This document shows positions 1-9,673 of a stretch of DNA of 64,000 nt, piece by piece. Each line of letters opens with the position of its first letter. Within the stretch, counting starts at the first letter, position 1. The position numbers were made by a program, and so were the translations under genes. Below the pieces are notes generated by a model. It made no database searches and was not told the DNA's origin. It saw only the letters and a list, made by a program, of their open reading frames with translations. Source of the DNA: Eledone cirrhosa (Eukaryota); NCBI GenBank assembly GCA_964016885.1, contig OZ024743.1, forward strand, positions 166,098,001 to 166,162,000, given 5' to 3'.

Positions 1-86
1 TCTAAGGTTCACATTCTCCATAACTGGAAAAAGTCAAAATCTATACTTCAAAATATTTACTTCTGCGTTCACAGACGGATTTCTTT

Positions 87-137
87 AGTTTCAGAAGATC
101 CCATTAAGGGTGAAAGCAGCGATTCTTTGCTTAAACT
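87..137 (+). ncRNA. Type I hammerhead ribozyme-like motif with CAGA core variant
   Basis: AGTTT-CAGAAGA-T-CCC ATTAA GGG-T-GAAA-GCAG..TTGC-T-T-AAACT. Stems I, II and III all pair. Region 51-155 is homologous to 58088-58195, the tail of a GIY-YIG Penelope-like remnant. Confidence 0.55.
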
Positions 138-737
138 TTAATCTGTTATTTTAATATATATATTCGTGTACAGATATTTGTGCATACACAAAAACAAAAA
201 CTTATTTATTTCACGAAAGCACAGACGGCTTATCATCATTGTTACTGTTCGAGGTTAGAGGACCACAGTCTATCCAAGATCTGAGAACCATCAATGGCCA
301 TCAATGTTCCACTTACCATTTGGCTTGCCAGATGCTTGGTATGTTACACGATGACAGCATTGGCACCTCACCCTGCAAGAAGCAGCAACTGCTGAAGTCC
401 CTTCTCAGCTGCGAAAACTTTTTGCTATGATGCTGCACAACTGCAATCTCGCCGATCCTCTCGCACTGTGGAACAACCACCGCGAAAGTCTAGCTGAGGA
501 CATCCTCCACCGCACACGCAGACACAATCCAAATGTAACATACGATGTCGTTTTCAATGAGGCGCTCATTTGTCTTGAAAACAGTGTCCTGGAGATTGGT
601 GGTAGGCCTCTAAGTCACTACAGCTTACCTGCTCCTGACAGGAGTGTCCAGAGGTCAACGTCTACAGAGCTTCTCCGCGAGACGAGCTACGAAATCAGTG
701 ATTCTGCCATGGTCAATGTATGTAGGATGCTCTAGGG

Positions 738-3107
738 CATTGGTTCCCAGACAGGGGGCCATAGCAAGTTATTGGGGGAGCCAGAGGAATTAACTAAAAA
801 TCACAAAATGTCATACATAAAAAAGAAGAGTAGTTTCCTAACATAATTTTTTCTTTTTCTTGCTTCAAATTTTTATATTCAACTTTTTATCAACTTTCTA
901 CCTTTTCTAATCATGATCTTACTTCACTTGATAATTATTTAAATCTGGATATAACAATTTATATTTTAGTAAATAAACTTAGTAAAGAAACTTATTTTTA
1001 TAACAGGATACATATTATTTATTTTAGTAAATTTCTCATTGACAAAATTACTTTGACTATTTTGAAGTACTTTTCATTATTTATTTTAGTAAATTTATCA
1101 TTTAAAACTAGATATAGAAACTTTTTTTTATTTATTTTAGTAAATTTCTCAATGTCAGAAAAACAGAAAAAAAGAAAGTATGATAATACATATCTTCAAA
1201 TGGGATTTGTTTGCATGCAAAAGAACAATATTGATTTGCCTCAATGTGTAACTTGTTTCAAGGTACTGGGAAATGACTCTATGAGGCCTTCTAAGCTCAA
1301 ATTACATCTTTCAAAATGTCACCCTGAACTACTTGGGAAAGATGAATCTTTTTTTAAAAGGAAATCAGATGGTTTAAAAAATCAAAAGCTTGATGTAAGT
1401 GGTACTATTCATGAGACCAAGGCCACTATTGTTGAAGCTTCCTATCGCGTTGCTTATCTGATTGCTCAACAAAAGAAGGCACACACGATTGCTGAGGAAC
1501 TGATTTTGCCTTGTGCCAAAGAGATGGTTAAACTTGTTGTTGGAGAAAGTGCTTCAAAGAAGTTAAATGATATATCCTTGTCAAATAACACGATAAAAAC
1601 GAAGGATAAATGATATATCAGAAGATTTGAAGGATCAAATCGTTGAGCAAATTAATGATTCACCATGGTTTGCATTGCAGCTTGATGAATCAACTGATGT
1701 TTCCATGTGTTCTCAACTCCTAGTCTTCTGTCGCTATTTGTTTAATGGTCATATGAAAGAAGAGTTTCTTTACTGTCATTCGCTGGAGGGCACAACGAAA
1801 GCAGTTGATGTCATGGAATCAATTTCTAAATTTATTGACAAGCAAGGAATTCTTTGGCAACGTTTCATAGGCATAACAACAGATGGAGCACCAGCAATGC
1901 TTGGATCAAGGTCTGGTTTTCAAACACTGGTAAAAGCTAAAGCACCACAAGTAATAGGAGTACATTGCTTCATACACAGGGAATCCCTTGCATCAAAAAT
2001 TAAATAATTTCTTCAAAGACATTGTCAAAATTGTAAATTTTATCAAATCATCAGCTCTGAATACTCGTTTGTTCAAACAACTTTGTGATGACCTGGGAAC
2101 AAAGCATACAAATCTTCTTTACTACACAGCTGTCCGTTGGTTGTCAGCTGGTCAATTTTTGGAAAGGTTTTTCTCGCTTCGCAATGTGGTGAAAAAGTTT
2201 TTTGAAGAGCAAAAGAAACAAGACATTCTGGAAAAATTTCAACATGATCAATTTGATCTTCTTCTTGCTTATCTTGTTGACATTTTCGACATACTCAATA
2301 GTTTGAATTTAAAGTAGCAAGGGAAAAATTGCAATATTCTATCACATACAGAAGCTATCCGTGCTTTTCTAGGAAAATTAGTATTAAACAAGCAAAGAGT
2401 TCACCAAGGTAATGTTATAATGTTTCCAAAAATGACATCTATTCTAAATGGAGAGCAACTCCCAATGACCACAGAACTTGAAATAACTGAGCATCTGTCA
2501 CAACTTGAGGATGAGTTTCAGTTTCCCAGTTCTAAGTCAACAAAATCTTGAGTTGACAAGAAATCCCTTTCTTCGTGATGTGGAAGTTGTACCAGAAACC
2601 GCTCAAGAAGAATTCCTTGAACTAATTAATGACTCAATTTTTGTTTAAGACAGAAGAATTGAATGAATTCTGGTGTTCTATGAAAGTGTCCTACCCAAGA
2701 ATAACTGACATGGCGATCCATGTGTTGGTGCCATTTTCATCTACTTATCTTTGTGAGAGCGGGTTCTCTGCTATGCTAGCAATCAAATCAAAGGCAAAAA
2801 ACAAATTGGCAGTTGAAGATGACTTGAGGTGTGCTCTTACTTCTATTCTTCCAAGATTCCAGAAACTAGTTGAAAACAAACAATTACAGAAATCTCATTA
2901 ATTTGTTCTTTGAAATTAAATAATATGTTCTTATTTTAATGTTTTTTGTTGAAAAGGGGTTTATAATAAATTTTAAATGATTTGATTGAAATAAAAAGAC
3001 ATGCCGAAATTATTTCTACATAAAAAAATTATATCAAAAATTTTAATTATTTTTGGGGGGCGGCCATACTGTTTTGCTATATCATTATAAAAAGTTGGGA
3101 ACCGCTG
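738..3107 (+). mobile_element. hAT DNA transposon, Buster/Charlie type (2370 bp)
   Basis: TIRs CATTGGTTCCCA / TGGGAACCGCTG. Perfect 8-bp TSD CTCTAGGG at 730-737 and 3108-3115, close to the NTCTAGAN preference of this group. Confidence 0.92.
1152..2901 (+). pseudogene. Disrupted hAT transposase (ZBED5/SCAND3/FAM200-like)
   Basis: BED finger (CVTC..HLSKCH), LQLDESTD, TTDGAPAM, CFIHRE, VRWLS and the dimerisation motif SSTYLCESGFS. Split over four or more frames, with a stop at 2315-2317. Confidence 0.88.
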
Positions 3108-4289
3108 CTCTAGGGTGAGCTCGCCAAACAATCTCTTCATCTTTGCTCCGGAGGGCCGAACAAAAAATATTGTATACTCTGAGGCTCTAACAATGTAATT
3201 TAAATATTTTCTATTACTTGGAATTTCCATTATGGTTGTACAAATTATTGTTTGTTAAAAAATTTGTTCTCTGTTCAACCTTTATTGTTGTAACTATCAA
3301 TTTTCTTTAACGTACTGGATGCTGAACTGGGGAATCCTAAAAACTATTCAAATCCAACATCAGAGCATGTTACCCCACCCCCTCGCTGAGTTGAGAGGGT
3401 GTGCGGTATCTTTGAAAAGATAAAATGCTGGTATACCTAGCCGGGCGCTAGCCAGACTGGTCAGCTAGTTATACATAGGTGTGGAATGTTAATTAGTTGC
3501 CAAGCACATAATTAATTGTAACAAATTACAGCAATGTACAATGAACAGTAGTTTTCACAATCCAGCTATTTTTGTCTCTTCACACACACGTGTTTATGCA
3601 TACATTCATACATACATGTACATGCATGCACAAATAAGCATGCTGTACATACATATTAATATACCCATTGAAAAATACAGTTTTTTGTTTCATCTGTTTT
3701 ACCCCATCCTATGTTTGTCCCTTATATTATATCACACCAGATAGAATTTCTAAAATTTGTTTCATTTGACTGGTTGTTTAATTGTTAACATTATTTGCCA
3801 CATGAAACTGCATTAGCAAAGCATTCTTTAAAAAATATAAAATAGCATTGTGGTTACTTCACATTAAATATCAAAATCTTTACTCTGATATTGCAAATTT
3901 TTAAGAGTTATTTCCACTAGTAAAGATACAATAAACATTTGAATTAACAAACCTGTTTACAGATATTTTTTGCTAAATCCTTAGTATAAGTGATATGTGA
4001 GTTAGTGTTAATTAATTAGTTAGTTAGTTAGAAGTGGTGGTGAGCATACCTCTATCCATAATATTTGTATTTTATAAAAAAAAAATATTAAAAAAGTTTA
4101 ATTTACAAATAACAATGCAAAAGGAAAGATCAGACAAAAGAACAGTGTTTTCATTGGTTTTTTTCATTACTGATACTATCTGCCGGTCCTTCCTGGGAGA
4201 AGAAGGTGAGATTTGAAATCAAAATACACGAAGCTGAATCAAATAACACAGAATGCCCCCCTCCCCTGACTCTTTAACAATTCTGTCTA

Positions 4290-4435
4290 TCCACTGCCCT
4301 TGAACTGGTACTTTATCAACCTCCACCCCAAAAGGATGAAAGGCAAAGTTCACTTCAACAGGGTTTGAACTCAGGGCACAGTGAACCAGGCAAATACCTA
4401 GGCATTTAATCTGATGTGCTAACAACTCTGCCAAG
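4290..4435 (-). mobile_element. tRNA-derived SINE (Nin/Deu-like core) downstream of the SLC30A9 stop, possibly in the 3' UTR
   Basis: Minus strand reads B-box GAGTTCAAACCC then ACTTTGCCTTTCATCCTTTTGGGGT..GATAAAGTACCAGT. The same family occurs at about 30.6, 31.0, 33.8, 34.2, 63.5 and 63.7 kb. Confidence 0.7.
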
Positions 4436-4572
4436 ATATATAAATAAGTAGATAAAACAATAAATGGTTGTTTGAATGCATTACATTACATGAATGTAAT
4501 AGACACTCCTAAAAATAATTTTACTAATATAAGAGACAGTGAAACTGACATATCTAATGGTTATCATCATCA

Positions 4573-4617
4573 TCACAGCGCTTCCAAATCAACATGTCGC
4601 AAGTCAGGATAATGTAA
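4573..4617 (-). CDS. SLC30A9: SLC30A9/ZnT9 last coding exon (LHYPDLRHVDLEAL*)
   Basis: Acceptor ttttcag, phase 0. Matches the ZnT9 C-terminus RHVDLE(I/A)L. TGA stop at 4573-4575. Confidence 0.9.
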   Translation of the reverse strand, partial: LHYPDLRHVDLEAL

Positions 4618-4829
4618 CTGAAAAGACAAGAAAGCAGAAAACAAAAGGAAAAATAAAATTAATCTGGGTTGATTTCAGATATTTTAGAACTATCACTCAC
4701 ACATGACAACATACACATGAATAATGACTTATATGTGAATACACACACACAGGGCCGAAACTACTATTAAAGATAACTAGGCAGCCACTCAGGGTGCAGA
4801 CTTCAGAGAGGTACATTACTGGTGAAGTG

Positions 4830-5250
4830 ACAGCATGCATCAGCAAGACCAGTGGGTCATTTGGATACCTCTAGTAGTCAGGACGTGGTGTTTGTCTGAG
4901 CACTAATATCTAAGTCTACAAGACTGTGGTTCTGTCCACTTATTTATGGCTTCAACACATGGATCACATACCACTGTCACCAAGAAAAACTGGAACAGTT
5001 GAACATTTATGACCTCAAAAAAATCTGAAGCATTATATGGAAGGACAAGCTCACAAACACAGAGATCCTGCAACAATGCAACACCACCTGCATCGAGTTC
5101 ATCATTATACAAGTATAGTTGCTCTGAGCTAGACAGGTGTTACATGTGGGTAACAAGCGCATCCATAAGAATCTCCTATTTAGCCAATTGGACAAGGAGC
5201 ACTGATCACAAGGTGAGCAGGGTGAGTGGTACAAACCAACCCTGAAGTTG
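4830..5250 (+). mobile_element. Old, degraded RTE-clade LINE 3' fragment
   Basis: Frameshifted text resembling the LINE ORF C-terminus (W..TNTEIL..I..QLS*TGVTCG..RI..LANWTRSTDHKV). Confidence 0.4.
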
Positions 5251-5304
5251 TGTCAGATTGATCCAATAACCTGTGGAAACATAGTCTGAGTGGTCACACC
5301 CGTC

Positions 5305-5335
<31 letters not shown>

Positions 5336-5750
5336 GATGTGACACTTCGTTGCTCATAGGCTGCTTCCACCACCAGCATCATCATCAACCACATAGCACC
5401 AGCACAACTGTCTTGAATGTAACAGGTGGTATGGGTTATGCAGAGGACTCATTGATCACTGCAAGGCTATGATAGAAGGCACTTGTCCAAGCTGCTATGT
5501 AGATAGCTCAAACCCAGAGCCATGTGATAACCAAGCGAACTTCTGAACTACTTAACCCTGCTCAAATGTCTCCTGAGTCATGGCTAACTGAGGGCTAAAG
5601 AACAACACCAATAAGTCAGGGATTCAAAAACTTTTGACATATATATATATATGTATGTAGGATTCAATATTAACAACAATCCCAAGACCACTATCAACAT
5701 CCACCAGGAATCTATTCAGACGCTGTATTTTTCTTGTGAGAATTTCATAC

Positions 5751-5864
5751 CTTCAATTTTTTCTCAATCCTATCAACTTCTTCTCCAAGTGTATCAATTA
5801 TACGCTCCCCATGCATGAGTAGAAAAGTTTCTGCATCTTCAATTCTTTTCAAATTTTGCATTTC
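5751..5864 (-). CDS. SLC30A9: SLC30A9 exon (EMQNLKRIEDAETFLLMHGERIIDTLGEEVDRIEKKLK)
   Basis: tttag acceptor, gtatga donor, 114 bp, phase 0/0. Matches ZnT9 HGE.IIDTLG.EVDR.EK.LK. Confidence 0.93.
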
Positions 5865-6239
5865 CTAAAAATGAGAAAAATAAAATGACTTTAGAAATTG
5901 CTGAAGAAAATTAAGTGTTAATTACATTGAACGACATAAAGGAAAGAAATTATTTTTTATTACACATTGATTTATTGAACCTAGTTTTCTCATCTTGGTT
6001 GTTATGTTTCAGCTGTTGTTTCCTCACAAGTCACACTTTCTACCACCAGTTTCCTTAAACCAGTCATATCTGGCCAGAATTCTCTTACCTCACTCTGTTC
6101 AAATTGACTGTAACCAGCCGCTCATACAGATGTTAAGGTATTGTTCTCAAAATAAATAATATAAAAATCTCATAGATTCGATATTATGTGAGGTAAAGCC
6201 TTTACCATGAAAATACAATATTATATTATAGAGTAATGC

Positions 6240-6670
6240 AAATACTAAAGGGTTAAGGACCACCAGACAAGACATCATGCTACTCCTGGATATTATAGTT
6301 AAGTTTTGACAGTTGTATCATCACAACTTACACTTTCTACTCCCAGTTTCCTTAAGAACCACCAGACAAGACATCAAGCTACTCTTGGTTGTTGTATGAT
6401 CACAAGCTACTCATCTACTTCCAGTTTCCTTAAACAACACCAGACAACATCTTGCAACTCTGTCAAAGGCCTTCTCCAGATCTACAAAAGCTAGATATAG
6501 CATCGTATACTTAGCTAGGAACTTCTCTTGTAGTTGTCTCACTAAAAAGAATGCATCTATGGTGTTCCTTCCTGGTACAAAGCAAAACTGCATCTCATCT
6601 AAGAATTTGACTATTTCCTTAATTAGTTTGTCTAAAACTCTTTCTGTTACTTTTATAACTTGATCCATTA
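6240..6670 (-). mobile_element. RTE LINE reverse-transcriptase fragment
   Basis: MDQVIKVTER..DEMQFCFVPGR..RQLQEK..YLAFVDLEKAFDRV. The last ~70-bp segment is tandemly repeated at about 6260-6450. Confidence 0.85.
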
Positions 6671-6674
6671 GTTT

Positions 6675-7041
6675 TGTAGCGGTTGTCTCCTTTGTTTTGA
6701 TTGGGATCTAGACGGGAAGTGGAGCCCTTTCTGTAACTTCCGGTCAGAGCCTTATAAAACTAACAACTTTAACCACTCTTTCTCTCTTTGCCTTTTCGGC
6801 ACCAGGTCAAGAGCCTCTCATTTGGCTCTGCCATTAATTTGGCCAACAGGCGCCTGGCCTTAGCCAGGCGTCCTCTGCCAGCCGCGTTTGCCTGGCAATC
6901 AAAACGGTAACTACTAACTTTGTTTCATTCTAACATCTATCTTTGACATGTCAACTATACTATCTACCATTGTTAATTAAATATTATACACCAAACCATG
7001 TATTCCTTGTTACATTCATACAACCCAGTATCCTCGCTATA
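6675..7041 (+). mobile_element. LTR of an LTR retrotransposon (367 bp)
   Basis: Starts TGTAGCG and ends CGCTATA (short terminal inverted repeat, with CA>TA). TATAAAA at about 6753 and ATTAAA at about 6976. Directly followed by a PBS. Confidence 0.75.
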
Positions 7042-7042
7042 T

Positions 7043-7074
7043 TGGTGACCCTGACGTGATACGAACACGCAGCC
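7043..7074 (+). promoter_or_regulatory. Primer-binding site complementary to tRNA-Trp(CCA), extended to about 32 nt
   Basis: TGGTGACCCTGACGTGAT-A-CGAACACGCAGCC is the reverse complement of the conserved eukaryotic tRNA-Trp 3' end (..GCGTGTTCRAATCACGTCGGGGTCACCA). Confidence 0.8.
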
Positions 7075-8894
7075 GTTCATCGCTATAAGTGGTCACCCCC
7101 CCAAAAAAAGAAAAAAATAGCACATCTGGTTTTGTGAGTAACATTACGAATACACAGCAAATTTAGCGACAAACTATGAAAATACTCAAGGACACGCACA
7201 CACGCACATGTGGAATTCGCACAGACAGACTTTTTCTCTCACGCATCAATTAACTGTCGCATTTCACCAATATATATATATATGTTTCTCGTTTCTTACA
7301 ACGAACACTTTCAAAACAAAAAAAAAAAAAAAAAAAACATTTCACGATATATATATATGTTTCTCGTTTCTTACAACGAACTCTTTCAAAACACAAAAAA
7401 AAAAAGAAATTTGATATTCTTTAAAAAACATTTCAACAGGAACATTTATTTTCGATGAACCATTGCCTTTTTGTTCATCGTTTTCTTCATCGTTCAAGTT
7501 TTTTGTTTTTTTCCAAAGTTCACACCAATAATTATGCTGAGTGAAGCCTTTCTTTTTCATCATTGTCACTTTCAAAATTGCACTATCATTTTCTCGCGCG
7601 TTAGAAATATTATTTTTTTTTCAACCTTGTATTGGCACGTGTAGGCAGCACAAATTCTCGATTCACAGAGATGTCTCTACACACAGACATAGCCGCACGC
7701 CAGAGATAACATTTCTCGCCAAGGATTCTTCAGCCTTAAGCTATATTCTTCTATTTGCCGGTTTATAAATTTACAATGTAAATTTACCGTTGATAACCGC
7801 GCATTTATTAAGAATGCTTATTTCTCTGGTCGCTAGCCTCTTGACCCTTCCAGGTCAACGCATTCTCAACATCGACCATCAACTTCGGCTGCTATTTCTA
7901 GCACTTTGCGCAACTCATTTTTTCTAAAAAAAATTTTTTTACTGTGAATTTAAACACCGAATACGCTCACTCAGCGAGACAACAGCAGCAGCAACAGCAA
8001 TATAACAGCAACAGCAATACATCAACACAGCTTCACCAAAGTCAGAGAATTCATTTTTGCAGCACTCTTCCTGTGAGAAAATCCATTCGGAGGTTGGAGA
8101 TTTCACGTAATCTCGCTATAGTTTCATGCCTCTGTAGTTGCTCTTTCTAGAGCTTCACCTTTTCCCTTGTAAAAATTAATGCTCATAATACGGGACAGTC
8201 CTTTTTTCGTCTACTCATGCTCCACATTTAGCAAATTTGAACGCAATTTCAAAATTTCACTTGTCAGTTGAGAGCTAACCAACCTATTAACAAAGTTAGG
8301 TCAACTAGGTGGCCACCTAGAGCACAGACCTCAGAGAGTCACGTTTTATACAGATTTGTAAAATCAACTTAAATATATACTACATAATTTCCTACAATCA
8401 ATAAATAAACCCTAAGTATCTTTGTTGCTGCATTATGGAAATATCCAAAGTGGTAGAGAGGGTCATATAGTGTTTTGCTTTGTCACATGATTTAGTATGG
8501 GTGAGTTTGAACTGTGTAGTAGAAAATGTAGGCTTAGTAATTTTCTTAGTTTGATCAGAGCATGGGTGTGAAAAACTATGTTCTAACCAGAAATTATTCT
8601 TTTAGAAGAAGGGGGCACATAACTGAGAGAGAGGGTGCACATTGTAAGGCTAGTAGAAGATACTAAATACACAGGTGGATGGAAACGGGTTGTGTTGTCT
8701 AAATTTTGTCATGTTCATGTCAGTGTTGCTGTATTTGTATAGCCATAGCATAAAGTACAAGACACTTGACTATGTGACACAAAATGAAATCTGGAACCAT
8801 GTGATTGCAAAGCTATACAGCTATGTATGAGTTAAGAAGATAAAATGGTCACGACTGACATTTTTGATTTATACGTTAACTATTTTGATTTATA

Positions 8895-9300
8895 GGTCAT
8901 CTGAGAGAGAGAGAGAGAGTGAGAAACATGTATGAAATGAAATACATGAAATAGAAAGAGGAGGCCAATGAGTACTTTGTATGAAGTGAAGCAGATGATA
9001 CAGATAGATGGATAGATGGAAAGAGAGGAGGGAGAATATTTAGTGGCCATCATATTTGAGGGAGCAGAGTAGTAGGAAGAAAAGGAGGAGGTGGATAAAA
9101 GAGAAATGGATGGAGAAGGAGAAAAAAAAAGAAAGAACATAAGAAAAAGAAAGGTCAGGATTAAAGATAAGAGAGAAAGAAGAGGGGAAACAGATTACAA
9201 AAGGGGACTGAAGAAAAAAAGAATAACTTAAGATGACAAAGCTGGAAGATGATGACAGATGATGAAAGAAGCTGAGTGAATGAAGAATTAATAAAAACAC
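8895..9300. repeat. GA-rich low-complexity tract
   Basis: (GA)n and purine-rich runs; the source of spurious F/S-rich ORFs. Confidence 0.7.
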
Positions 9301-9673
9301 AGACATGTATATAAATGAAGTAATTCTGTCGGAAAGGTCCAGGTTACAGAGCTGTAGGTTACAGAGCTTATTAGTTATGTAATAAACAACATAAGATAAT
9401 TATTTCATTTACCAGTGGTTTCTTGAAAGCAAACAAAATTTGCTTTCAGTCAACAGAATGAAAAAATCCTGGTGTTTTTATTGACAGTGGATTTTAAAAA
9501 CAAAAATATAATCTATATGAAAGTGAGGCTGGAAAAGGAAGGAAAGGAAAAAGAATAAATATAAAAGTAGATAAACACACGTGCACACACACACACACAC
9601 ATATACATACATACATATATTATATATATATAATATATACAGACACACATATATACACATACATATATATATA

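Larger units (their letters stand above)
225..3468 (+). mobile_element. Internally deleted Helitron (RepHel remnant) split by a hAT insertion
   Basis: ORFs 239-735 carry typical Helitron RepHel linker text (LLLFEVRGPQSIQDLRTING..YHLACQMLG; PLALWNNHRESLAEDIL). Removing the hAT restores helicase motif VI and the C-terminus, HGQ/YVGCSRV..TKNIVYSEALTM*. The element ends in a GC-rich subterminal segment and CTAG-T at 3465-3469. Confidence 0.8.

Noticed and set aside
1152-2901. Possible domesticated ZBED5/SCAND3-like host gene
   Set aside because: TIRs and TSD are intact and the ORF has several frameshifts and stops, so it is a dead transposon.
7043-7074. Possible minus-strand tRNA-Trp gene or pseudogene
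   Set aside because: Only the 3' 32 nt including the CCA are present, one base after an LTR end. Better explained as a PBS.
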